From a virus, in IMG/VR virus record IMGVR_UViG_3300026078_000018: a stretch of 64,000 nt of DNA, one strand, 5' to 3'. Shown piece after piece: positions 39,212 to 47,977 of this stretch. The notes below the pieces were generated by a model. It did no database searches, was not told where the DNA came from, and was given only the letters and a program-made list of their open reading frames with translations. The translations under genes were made by a program, and so were the position numbers. Position 1 is the stretch's first letter. Each line of letters begins with the position of its first letter.

Positions 39212-40807
39212 ATGACCGACGTCGAACAGCCCGCCGTCATGAACAGCTTCGACTACATCACTGCAAAATATGGTGGACCACGCAAAACGGTCACCCACTG
39301 GCGCGTGGTCGCCGATTCGGCGGCCAACGCCCCGACAGCCCCCGCCGCGGTACCCAAGAGGCGACCCCGGCCGAACCGCCGACCGGTGGCCAGACCCGTC
39401 GACGAGCTGCCGTTCACCGTCCGCGCGGTTCTGCAGCTTGCCCCCGACCTCGACATCCCTACTTCCCACCTGGTCTACACCGCCCTGTGGGCCCCCGTCG
39501 TCGCCGCCGACATGGAGATCCGCGACTCGCAGGTGGCCTACCTGTCCCGTGACAGGCTTGCCGAGGCCACAGGCATGCAGGGCCCCAAACTGATGCTCCC
39601 CGGCGGCGTTGTCGAACGCGCCGCCAGCACCGTCGGGATCGTCCGGATGGTCGTACGCGGCGTACCCGGCGCGGTGGCCCTCGAAAACGGCGAGGGCTGG
39701 CGTGGCGAGGCCACCTCCTGGACCGTCACCCGCTCCCTGGACGACTTCACCCACACCCCGGTCCGCACCGCCGAAACTCCGCGGGTCGTCACGGACGGCA
39801 GGGTCCTGCAGGACGGCGAGGTCGACCTGCGCGCCGTGGCCGTGTGGCTCAATCCGTTGCATCCCTGGTGGGGGCATAAGGCCGCCGGGCCCACCGGCAT
39901 GCGCGCGGTCGCTGCGCTGATCACCCGCTACGGCTGGGTCGACTTGCTGCTATCGGCCTCTGACGTGGCCGCCATCCTCGGCGCCCACCGTCAGACCGCC
40001 TGGCGCGTCCTGACCGCCCTGGCCGATCTCGGACTGGCCGAGCGTGAGGGCAAGCGGGGCCGCTGGCGCCTGCGGCTCGCATCTCGCCTCGGGCAGCTCA
40101 CCGCCGACGACGTGAAATACAACCCCCGGCGCCCCACTCCTCCCTCAGCAGCCCGCGCCAGAGTCCACGACTGGGGCTGGTTCAGCCGCGAAGGCCGTGC
40201 AGTGCGCGCCCGAGCCCGATCGATCGTCACCGAGATGATCGAGGGCTGGGACTTCCCCGGCAATGAGCTGCGGCTCGACCCGCGCACCGGTCGCCCCTGG
40301 GGCATGGTCATCTGGGTCATCGAACAGCTGCGCCATCTCACGAAGCTCGGTGAAGACGCTGCGAAGGCCCTCCTGGCGCCGTTCGTCGAGCACATGACCT
40401 CCGGGACGCATCCGGCGCCCGCAGCGCGCCAGAGGCTCTCCCAGAGGCACCACGCGCCCCTTCCTGCCCCAGTGGCCCCCGCGGCTGCACCGGCTCCTCC
40501 GGTTCTGAAGCCGCGCGAGGAGCTCCCGACCGCTTCGGCGGTGGACGACGGGCCGATGATTGACGGCTTCCCCGTGGACAAGTTCGGGCGCCCCGACTTG
40601 AAGCGGATGTCCATCGCCCAGAAGCTCGAATGCCTGCAGCGCTATCCCAAGGGCTTCCCAGACCATCTGAAGCCCTCCTGGGACGCCCCGGATGTCGCAC
40701 AGCCACCACGGGCCCCACAGGCCGCCACAGACGCTCTCAGGGCCGTTCCCGGCCCCAGGACGCCCAGGACCGGTGGCGGGGCCCCGGCTGCTTCGGCCAG
40801 CGCATAG
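39212..40807 (+). CDS. winged-HTH protein, putative plasmid replication initiator
   Basis: SRDRLAEATGM and SASDVAAILGAHRQTAWRVL..LADLGL HTH motifs; the Rep role is inference. Confidence 0.5.
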   Translation: MTDVEQPAVMNSFDYITAKYGGPRKTVTHWRVVADSAANAPTAPAAVPKRRPRPNRRPVARPVDELPFTVRAVLQLAPDLDIPTSHLVYTALWAPVVAADMEIRDSQVAYLSRDRLAEATGMQGPKLMLPGGVVERAASTVGIVRMVVRGVPGAVALENGEGWRGEATSWTVTRSLDDFTHTPVRTAETPRVVTDGRVLQDGEVDLRAVAVWLNPLHPWWGHKAAGPTGMRAVAALITRYGWVDLLLSASDVAAILGAHRQTAWRVLTALADLGLAEREGKRGRWRLRLASRLGQLTADDVKYNPRRPTPPSAARARVHDWGWFSREGRAVRARARSIVTEMIEGWDFPGNELRLDPRTGRPWGMVIWVIEQLRHLTKLGEDAAKALLAPFVEHMTSGTHPAPAARQRLSQRHHAPLPAPVAPAAAPAPPVLKPREELPTASAVDDGPMIDGFPVDKFGRPDLKRMSIAQKLECLQRYPKGFPDHLKPSWDAPDVAQPPRAPQAATDALRAVPGPRTPRTGGGAPAASASA

Positions 40808-40856
40808 CGTGCACCCGTTCGCGTGAAAAATTTCAGACAGTCGCCAGGTCAGTGGC

Positions 40857-40882
40857 AGCTTAGTATGATCTGATGCTATGAT
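40857..40882 (+). promoter_or_regulatory. operator-promoter upstream of DinG
   Basis: AGCTTAG-TATGATC-TGATGCT with extended -10 TGcTATGAT. Confidence 0.65.
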
Positions 40883-40921
40883 TGGGTAACAATCAGGTCG
40901 CCGAAGCCCCTGGAGGACTAC

Positions 40922-42952
40922 ATGACCGCCGCAAAGCAGCAGCTCAAGACCTTCGCCGAGGCGACCGCCGTCCTGCGCACCGCCCTCCCCGGCTACGAAG
41001 AGCGGCCCCAGCAGGTCGCCCTTGCCGAGGCCATCGAGCAGATCATGTCGGCCGACTGGGACGACGACTCCGAGAAGCTGCCCCCGGCGCTGGCCGGGCA
41101 GGCCGGATGCGGCACCGGCAAGTCCTACGCTCTGGCGATCCCGGCTGCGCTGTGCGGCCGCCGCGTGGTCATCGCCACCGGCACCATCGCCCTGCAGCGG
41201 CAGATCATCGACAAGGACCTCCCGTTCCTCGAAGAGCACCTCCCGGACTTCCCCAAGTTCGCGCTGCTCATGGGCCGCGGCAACTACCTGTGCGCCGCCA
41301 AGCTCGCCGAACCCGGCCTGGACCTGCCGCAGCTGACCGTCCTGCAGGAAGCCATGGCCGACGGCGACAACGAGGGCACCCGAGACAGCATCGACGTCGA
41401 GATCACCGGCGAGCAGTGGCGGCAGGTTTCCAGCACCGGAACCGAATGCCCCGGCGCCAAGAGCTGCCCCTTCTCCGACGGCTGCAAGGCCGAGAAGGCA
41501 AAGAAGGTCGCCGCCGAAGCGAAGATCGTCGTCACCAACTACGCGATGCTCGGCCTGGACATGGTCCTGCGCGAGAAGGCCGATACCACCGCGGGCCCCA
41601 TGCTCGGCGACTACGCGGCATTGTTCTGCGACGAGGCCGACTCCATGGACCACGCCATCCGCAACGCCCTGGCCGCCAAGCTCACCCACCGCGGCCTGAT
41701 GATGCTGGCCTCCGGCGCCGAGTCCTTCGTCAAGGCCCACGGCCAGATGGACGGCGAGCAGCTGAAGGCGGCCGTCGCCGTCAACCAGGCCGTCTGGGGC
41801 CTGGCGCAGGTGCTGCCCAAAACGGTCGACGAGGACAAGCCGAACGCCGACCCCGAAGGCGGCAAGCTGCGGCTGGCCTGGTTCGGCGACAACGCCGAGC
41901 CGGTCATGGCCCTCATCAACGCACTCAAGAGCCTGTCGGCCGAGCTGGCACGCGTCCCCGACGACGGCTTCGGGCCAAAGGAGAAGAACCGCAAGCGCAT
42001 GCTGGTGACCCAGGCCGACAACGCCGTGGAGGCCCTGCAGGACGCGATCCTGGCCGAGGACGGCGAGATGGCCCGCTTCGTCGCATGGAACCGCGCCAAG
42101 AGCGCCAGCGGCCGCGGCGAAGACTTCTTCACCGTCGAATTCCACCCCGTGCTCATCGCCGACCGGCTGCGCGAGAGCCTGTGGTCCCGGCAGCGCACCG
42201 TCGCCGTCTCCGCCACCCTCACCACGGCCCCCGGCGACTTCGGCTATTTCACCCGGACTCTCGGTTTGGAGCACGCCAAGACCATCGACGTCGGCACGCC
42301 TTTCGACTACGCCACCCAGGCGTTGTTGTTCGTCCCGGACCCCTCGGTCGCGGCGCCGCCCCAGCGCGAGGCGTGGATGGCCTACAGCATCACCAAGTCC
42401 TACGAGCTGGTGAAGCTCTCCGGCGGCGGCGCGCTGCTGCTGTACACCTCCCGCAAGGCCATGATGGAGGCCCACGCCATGTTGGCTCCGCGGTTCGAGA
42501 AGATGGGCCTGACCGTTCTGGTCCAGGACGGCAACGTCCCCAACGGCGAGCTCGCCGCCCGCTTCCGCGACGACGTCAACAGCGTGTTGTTCGGCCTCAA
42601 GAGCTTCTTCGTCGGCCTGGACGTCCAGGGCGAGTCGCTGAGGCTGGTCGTCATCGACAAACTCCCCTTCCCGGTCCCCACCGAGCCCATCTTCGAGGCC
42701 CGCAGCGAGGCGGAGCGGGCCGCCGGGCGCCACCCGTTCTCCTCGCTGTCCATCCCGATGATGACCCTGGACCTCACCCAGGCTTTCGGCCGTCTCATCC
42801 GCAAGCGCCAGGACAAGGGCGTCGTGGCCATCCTCGACTCCCGGCTGTCCAGCAAGGGCTACGGCAAGCAGATCATCGACGGGCTGCCCGGCTGCCCGGT
42901 CGAGGTCGAGGAGGACAAGGTCGAAGCCTTCTTCGAGGCTATGGCGAACTGA
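40922..42952 (+). CDS. dinG: DinG/YoaA-family helicase
   Basis: YEERPQQ, AGCGTGKS, GRGNYLC, Fe-S Cys, DEAD, SAT, VIDKLPF, QAFGRLIR, DSR. Confidence 0.88.
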   Translation: MTAAKQQLKTFAEATAVLRTALPGYEERPQQVALAEAIEQIMSADWDDDSEKLPPALAGQAGCGTGKSYALAIPAALCGRRVVIATGTIALQRQIIDKDLPFLEEHLPDFPKFALLMGRGNYLCAAKLAEPGLDLPQLTVLQEAMADGDNEGTRDSIDVEITGEQWRQVSSTGTECPGAKSCPFSDGCKAEKAKKVAAEAKIVVTNYAMLGLDMVLREKADTTAGPMLGDYAALFCDEADSMDHAIRNALAAKLTHRGLMMLASGAESFVKAHGQMDGEQLKAAVAVNQAVWGLAQVLPKTVDEDKPNADPEGGKLRLAWFGDNAEPVMALINALKSLSAELARVPDDGFGPKEKNRKRMLVTQADNAVEALQDAILAEDGEMARFVAWNRAKSASGRGEDFFTVEFHPVLIADRLRESLWSRQRTVAVSATLTTAPGDFGYFTRTLGLEHAKTIDVGTPFDYATQALLFVPDPSVAAPPQREAWMAYSITKSYELVKLSGGGALLLYTSRKAMMEAHAMLAPRFEKMGLTVLVQDGNVPNGELAARFRDDVNSVLFGLKSFFVGLDVQGESLRLVVIDKLPFPVPTEPIFEARSEAERAAGRHPFSSLSIPMMTLDLTQAFGRLIRKRQDKGVVAILDSRLSSKGYGKQIIDGLPGCPVEVEEDKVEAFFEAMAN

Positions 42953-42966
42953 GCCAGCACGTCGAG

Positions 42967-42995
42967 GCGGCGACCCCAACAGGGTCGCCGCTTTT
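42967..42995 (+). terminator. intrinsic terminator
   Basis: GCGGCGACCC/GGGTCGCCGC followed by TTTT. Confidence 0.8.
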
Positions 42996-43014
42996 CTATA
43001 TGCAGAATTCGGAG

Positions 43015-43043
43015 TGGACCATAGTATGAGGTGATGCTAGACT
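43015..43043 (+). promoter_or_regulatory. operator-promoter
   Basis: TGGACC-N17-TAGACT; ACCATAG-N7-TGATGCT. Confidence 0.7.
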
Positions 43044-43080
43044 GGGAACCAGAAGCCGAACTCCCCGCCAGGAGGATCCC

Positions 43081-43773
43081 ATGAACGCTCTCGACACCAC
43101 CGCCCCGGCCGTCTCCATCTCCGCCACCGGCGAGCTCACCAAGATGCACGACGCCACCCGCGAGACCGTCCCGGCCGTGCCGCTGGACGACGAGGTCGCC
43201 AAGGCCTGGCGCCACCTGCCCGCCGTGAACGGCACCGTCCGCATCCCCGCGCCCGGCAGCCCCTGGACCGACGCCGAGCTGACCAACGCCGCTGACGCCA
43301 TGGAGACCGCCCGCATCCTGCGCCACGCCGCCCAGGCCATCGAGGACGCCGTCACCGAGGGCTACCTCACCAACATCGACATGCAGGCCCACACTCGCGC
43401 GGCCCTCGACCCGGCCTACAACGCCAAGCTGGCCGAGGCGCTCCTCACCGGCAAGGGCCACCTCGTCCTCGGCGGGAAGGGCCGTCCGGTCCAGACCTCC
43501 ATCCCCGGCACCGACAAGGTGCTCTCCGCCGAGTACAAGATCGGCAACCCCCAGATCTCCGTCGAGTCCCTCACCGAGCTCAAGGCCGCGGGCACTATCA
43601 GCTGGCGTGAGTACCGGCGTCTGACCCGCACCGTCCGGGTTGTCGACACCGAGGCCATCGCCCGCGAGAGCGACACCAACCCGAACCTGCGGGCCCGCCT
43701 GCGCGGCGCCTGGAAGCGCTCCGCTTCCGTCGGCGTTTACGTCCGTAAGGCCAAGGCGACCGCGATCGCCTAA
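43081..43773 (+). CDS. hypothetical phage protein
   Basis: Strong AGGAGG RBS, strong codon bias. Confidence 0.8.
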   Translation: MNALDTTAPAVSISATGELTKMHDATRETVPAVPLDDEVAKAWRHLPAVNGTVRIPAPGSPWTDAELTNAADAMETARILRHAAQAIEDAVTEGYLTNIDMQAHTRAALDPAYNAKLAEALLTGKGHLVLGGKGRPVQTSIPGTDKVLSAEYKIGNPQISVESLTELKAAGTISWREYRRLTRTVRVVDTEAIARESDTNPNLRARLRGAWKRSASVGVYVRKAKATAIA

Positions 43774-43787
43774 GCCCCCTTCACCCA

Positions 43788-43812
43788 GCCCCCGCTGACT
43801 GGCGGGGGCCTT
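43788..43812 (+). terminator. stem-loop
   Basis: GCCCCCGC/GCGGGGGC. Confidence 0.55.
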
Positions 43813-43847
43813 CGCACATCCACCGAGAGAACCCAGGAGAGCACCTC

Positions 43848-44426
43848 ATGAGCATCACCCCACCAGAGCCGCTGGCCGCCCTTGAGCCGATCCTGGACCC
43901 CGCTGACACCCCCGGAAATATCAAAGGTAAACCCGTCCGCACCTGGTCCACCGGGGTCGTCGCCGAGACCTTTTTCGACCGGACGCTGAAGTGGTTCAAC
44001 AACCTCGCCTGGGCCCCTCCAGGGTCGTCGCCCATCATCCCAGCCGACATCATTCCTGAACCGCCTGCAGTGTCCGGCGGCCGCAGCGGACAGCGAGTCT
44101 GGACCCTGTTCGATGTTGAACGCCTCGCCTATCACCTATTCCATCACCCACGGAAACCGGACTACGACGCCACCGCGCTCTACCGGACACTGGACGTGGT
44201 CTACGCCGTCGCCAGGAACCAAGGCCTCCTGCCGAGAGACGTCGATCCCATCGCTCAGCTACGCCCCGCACCGAGGGCCTGGACCCCCGCCAAGCGCTCC
44301 AAGGCCAAGGCGAAGGCCAAGACCGACGACCAGAACCCCAAACGCCAGCCGAAGATGAAGGGCTCCAGCGCCACCCTGGAGCAGACGACGTTGGAAGACG
44401 CCATCGACGAAGCCTCACAGCAGTAA
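43848..44426 (+). CDS. putative MerR-like HTH DNA-binding protein
   Basis: WSTGVVAETFFDRTLKW...G.RVWTL.DVERLA. Confidence 0.6.
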   Translation: MSITPPEPLAALEPILDPADTPGNIKGKPVRTWSTGVVAETFFDRTLKWFNNLAWAPPGSSPIIPADIIPEPPAVSGGRSGQRVWTLFDVERLAYHLFHHPRKPDYDATALYRTLDVVYAVARNQGLLPRDVDPIAQLRPAPRAWTPAKRSKAKAKAKTDDQNPKRQPKMKGSSATLEQTTLEDAIDEASQQ

Positions 44427-44732
44427 CTCCTCGCCCACACCTTTGCACTGATCTGTAGTCCACCGCTGACAGTATCCACTCACATCTTCCACCTAGATCG
44501 AGGGATGCGAGGCCTGGATGACAGCGGTGGGCTACAGGCATGTGTGAATGCCGAATGACTACAGACGCTCCTGCCAACAGGAGCTGTAAGAGCCTGTGAA
44601 CAGAGAAGGACTCAAAGAGTCGGATGACACTGTGTCCCGATGGCGCTTGCATACTGCCTGCGCGCAGATCTTGTACCTTCAGAAGCTGATGATAGAGCCT
44701 GCTTGAGACCCGCTCTGACATCGCGGGATACA

Positions 44733-44768
44733 GGTATATACCTATGGCATATACCATCCGCGTATACC
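44733..44768. promoter_or_regulatory. three 10-bp boxes at 13-bp period (parS-like)
   Basis: GGTATATACC, GGCATATACC, CGCGTATACC. Confidence 0.7.
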
Positions 44769-44971
44769 ATCGCTGGGTACTTTAGGATCTCTCCTTCAGG
44801 CGCGGCTGACAGCAATCGTCCTGCGTTTGCGATGAAGACGTATCCGGTAGGCCCCTAGCAGTGAGACGAGACTCTCGGGCGTCACTTAGAGCGGATTCTA
44901 TTTGTGCCCGCTTATAGCCAGAGATTCAGGCCGCCGATCCTGTCCTAACCTGATCGTCTGTGATTACAGCA

Positions 44972-45009
44972 GACGGCCCCCGCAGACCCTGGAGTCCACG
45001 GGGGCCGTC
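44972..45009. terminator. stem-loop downstream of the par operon
   Basis: GACGGCCCCCG/CGGGGGCCGTC. Confidence 0.6.
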
Positions 45010-45060
45010 ATATGCCTGTCAGATCAGGCGGTCAGTATTTGCTGACGGGCGTGGACCTGA

Positions 45061-45273
45061 TCAGGCGTCGTCGTTCTTCGATCGTGGTGCAGGCGAGGGG
45101 AGCTTGCGCGTGTCCTTACCTTCGATGTCCTTCTCTGCGCACTCGGTGCACAGGTCGATCTTGTATCTGAGCTTCAGCTGTCCGCGCAGCTCGACTGTGA
45201 CCGGCACCCGCTCGGTGTTTGGCATCAGCTTTTCGCAGCGCGAGCACTGATAGATGTTTGCGACTCTTGGCAC
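45061..45273 (-). CDS. Lsr2 N-terminal-like small protein with CxxC pairs
   Basis: CSRC...YKIDLCTECA resembles Lsr2 YEIDL...A. Confidence 0.55.
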   Translation of the reverse strand: MPRVANIYQCSRCEKLMPNTERVPVTVELRGQLKLRYKIDLCTECAEKDIEGKDTRKLPSPAPRSKNDDA

Positions 45274-45298
45274 GTCTATTCCAATCCCCAGATCCCGG

Positions 45299-46111
45299 CT
45301 ACAGCACCGTCAACAACGCCTGCGTCGCCGACGTGCATCCACGCATCGCGTCCCGCGCTTCGTCGGTCAACGCCCGAAGCGGCGACCCCACCGGCAGCCG
45401 CACCATCGTCCACCGCTGGCCCGCCGGATCCGGCAGCACGGCCGCCGGGCGCCCGCTGGCCACCTGCACCTTCAGCTGGTCCAAGACGGGGTCGAGGTAC
45501 GTCTCGGTGAGCAGGTGCGCTTTCGACTCGGGGACGAAGGCCTTGTCGATCGTCAGGAAGGCGCGGACGACTCTGCGGATGAACTCGCTGCGATCCAGAC
45601 CGCAGTCGTCTGCGTCGGCGTCGAACCGAACGCGCTGACTTTCGGTCATGTACGGGCTCAGCATCGTGCGGTGCGCGGACTCGGTGACGACCTCGTCGTA
45701 GATGTCGTCGATGACCGTCGTCGCCAACGGCGTGCTGGGGAGGTCCGCGGCGACGAGCCGGTATTCCCTGGCCGCGGTCATATAGACCTGAGCAAGCGTC
45801 AAGCCGCCGAGAGCAGGCTGCGCCAGTGCGATCAACGGGAGGAGATCCCGATCCATCAGCACCGCGGTGCGCTGCTTCTTGCCCCCTGCGGAGGGGGCAG
45901 CCTTCGCAGGGGGCTTCGGCTTGGGCTTGGGCGCCTTGGCTGCCTGCTGTGACGGGACAGCAGGCTCCGGCGGCTCGGGCTCAGAGGGCGCCGCCGGGGG
46001 AGGTGGGGGCGTCTGTGGCGGGTCTGGGGGCTTGCTGGCAACGGCTGCGCTCGGCGTCCCCATCGCCAGCATCGCGGCGACGGCGTCGCTGACGTCGTTA
46101 GAGTGGCTCAC
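45299..46111 (-). CDS. ParA partner, RHH-type centromere-binding protein
   Basis: Disordered Pro-rich N-terminus; SPYMT......FDADADDCGLDRSEFIRRVV RHH pattern; coupled to parA. Confidence 0.6.
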   Translation of the reverse strand: MSHSNDVSDAVAAMLAMGTPSAAVASKPPDPPQTPPPPPAAPSEPEPPEPAVPSQQAAKAPKPKPKPPAKAAPSAGGKKQRTAVLMDRDLLPLIALAQPALGGLTLAQVYMTAAREYRLVAADLPSTPLATTVIDDIYDEVVTESAHRTMLSPYMTESQRVRFDADADDCGLDRSEFIRRVVRAFLTIDKAFVPESKAHLLTETYLDPVLDQLKVQVASGRPAAVLPDPAGQRWTMVRLPVGSPLRALTDEARDAMRGCTSATQALLTVL

Positions 46112-47151
46112 GCCGTGTTCCTTGCTGCGATTGCGGCGTTCATCCCGGCCAGGGTCTCCCGGGCGAACTCGTCGTAGTCACGCAGGATTGCGTGCTCCTC
46201 CAGCAGTTCCTCGTCGGTTGTACCCAGGGAAGTACTCCTGAGGTACTCGCCGATCGTCACGCCCTTCTCGCGAGCCTTGGCCACGTTGAGCGCCGAGTAG
46301 TGGATCATCGCGTTGAACAGCTTCGGGTAGCCGGGCAGCAGCGCGCGCTCCGAGTCGAACACCTCGTTGTCCAGTATCACTTGGATCTTCTTGGCGATGT
46401 CGACCATCGCCCCTCCGGGCCGGGCGTTGCCGTTGCCGTCCGTCCTGCGCCACGCACGGATCGTGGGGTCGGGAATGCGACCGGCCACGGCGCCGAGGAA
46501 GACGTGCTCGGGATTGCGCTCGCGCGCCTCACCGATCTCCTTGATCAGGATGTTCAGACCGTCCTCGTAGGCCGCGATGTCGTAGTCCATTGGGGCGTAG
46601 GAGAACGCCGCCGCCTCCAGCACCATGAGACGAACGGTCTTGATCTTCGGGTCGTTGTCCACCAGCGTCATGTGGTAGTCGCCGGAGACGGTCGCGATCA
46701 CCTGTCCCAGAACGTGGGTGTAGGGGCGCTTCTGCAGGACCGAGACCGCGCTCATCCCGTCGATGGCGGCTTCCAGCGCGGTGCCGCCGACGATCACGTC
46801 CACCCGGCCCCCGTTGGGGTAGGACCGCACCCCCTTCACGACGGTGGGGGCCGTCGGCGTCCCAGTCATGAACGTCACCATCAGCGCGTCGGCCAGGGAC
46901 TTGCCCTTGTCATCGTGTTCGGTCTCGTGCAGCCCCAGGTCGCGCCTGCTGGCGATGGCGTGGCTGTCGACGTCGACCACCAGGATGACGAAGCCCATAC
47001 GGGCCAGGGCGTCGGCCAGCGCGGTGATGGTCGCGGTCTTTAGGATGCCACCCTTGCCGGTGACCACGGCGAGGACGCGCGCCAGCAGGGCGCGCTCGGT
47101 CAGCGAGATCCGTGGCGGGGCGTCGGCGGCTTCGAAAGCTGCTGTGGTCAT
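46108..47151 (-). CDS. parA: ParA-family partition ATPase
   Basis: VLAVVTGKGGILKT, LVVDVDSH, LVDNDP. Confidence 0.85.
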   Translation of the reverse strand: MTTAAFEAADAPPRISLTERALLARVLAVVTGKGGILKTATITALADALARMGFVILVVDVDSHAIASRRDLGLHETEHDDKGKSLADALMVTFMTGTPTAPTVVKGVRSYPNGGRVDVIVGGTALEAAIDGMSAVSVLQKRPYTHVLGQVIATVSGDYHMTLVDNDPKIKTVRLMVLEAAAFSYAPMDYDIAAYEDGLNILIKEIGEARERNPEHVFLGAVAGRIPDPTIRAWRRTDGNGNARPGGAMVDIAKKIQVILDNEVFDSERALLPGYPKLFNAMIHYSALNVAKAREKGVTIGEYLRSTSLGTTDEELLEEHAILRDYDEFARETLAGMNAAIAARNTA

Positions 47152-47198
47152 GCGGTTCTCCCTTGCTGGCGGGTCATGGGGGGATGCAGGGCGCTGAG

Positions 47199-47221
47199 GG
47201 CGTATACCGGTGGCATATACC
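47199..47221. promoter_or_regulatory. two 10-bp boxes at 13-bp period upstream of parA
   Basis: GGCGTATACC, GGCATATACC. Confidence 0.7.
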
Positions 47222-47257
47222 TGCGGCGCGTGCCACAGCATAGCGTTTCTGGTACTC

Positions 47258-47313
47258 AAAACACGCGTTTTGAAGAGTAAAAATGGCCGTTTTCGATGTC
47301 GAAAACACGCGTT
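47258..47313. repeat. 12-bp direct repeat AAAACACGCGTT x2
   Basis: At 47258-47269 and 47302-47313. Confidence 0.7.
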
Positions 47314-47560
47314 GGTGCTTGACCGTGCATGCGGCCCATCGATAGCGTGACGGTGCCACGCCTCGGGGACGGCCGTACCGAGCGCGCGACGGCACCCACA
47401 ACGCCCCTCGACCCGGGGGAGGCGACACCGGTTCCGCGAGCGTACCGGCTGCCCACCACCTGCGCTGCAACCTGCACCGAATCCACCCTCGGTGTCTGCG
47501 GCGTCCAGTCGGACCCTGAAGCGTTGCTGACGTGCCACGCGACTAGGACAGGGGACACCC

Positions 47561-47977
47561 ATGATCGAGTTCTACGACGGTCCGGTCCAGACCGCCCCCA
47601 CCACCACCACGGCTACCACCATGACGGTGGTCCCCATCACTACTCAAGCCACTGCGACCCCCATTGTCCCTGCTGCGCATCTGATCAAGCCCGACGAGCA
47701 GTGGACCCCCGAGGATCTGCGCGACTACATCCTCACCGAGATCGTCAAGCGTCAACCCGCCGCCGCGAGCCGTCGTAACCCGGCCGCCGAGATGGCCATC
47801 TGCCGCGCTTTCAGCGAGCGCCACGGCGTCAACGCCCCCCGCATCGCGCGCTACGCCTTCACCATCGCCCAGGGCTGGTGGAACTCCAGCCCCATCGACT
47901 TCCGGCGCTTCTCCAAGGCCTCCGACACCTACTTCGCCAACATCATCATCGGGCGTCTGCCTCAGGCCAGCGCGTGA
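47561..47977 (+). CDS. replication-operon protein (possible initiator)
   Basis: First gene before DnaC/DnaB. Confidence 0.7.
   Translation: MIEFYDGPVQTAPTTTTATTMTVVPITTQATATPIVPAAHLIKPDEQWTPEDLRDYILTEIVKRQPAAASRRNPAAEMAICRAFSERHGVNAPRIARYAFTIAQGWWNSSPIDFRRFSKASDTYFANIIIGRLPQASA

Noticed and set aside
40145-42979. Long antisense ORFs (this 944-aa one; also 13914-15287, 20080-21546, 55237-56949, 61358-63199)
   Set aside because: Shadow frames of well-supported plus-strand genes in high-GC DNA.
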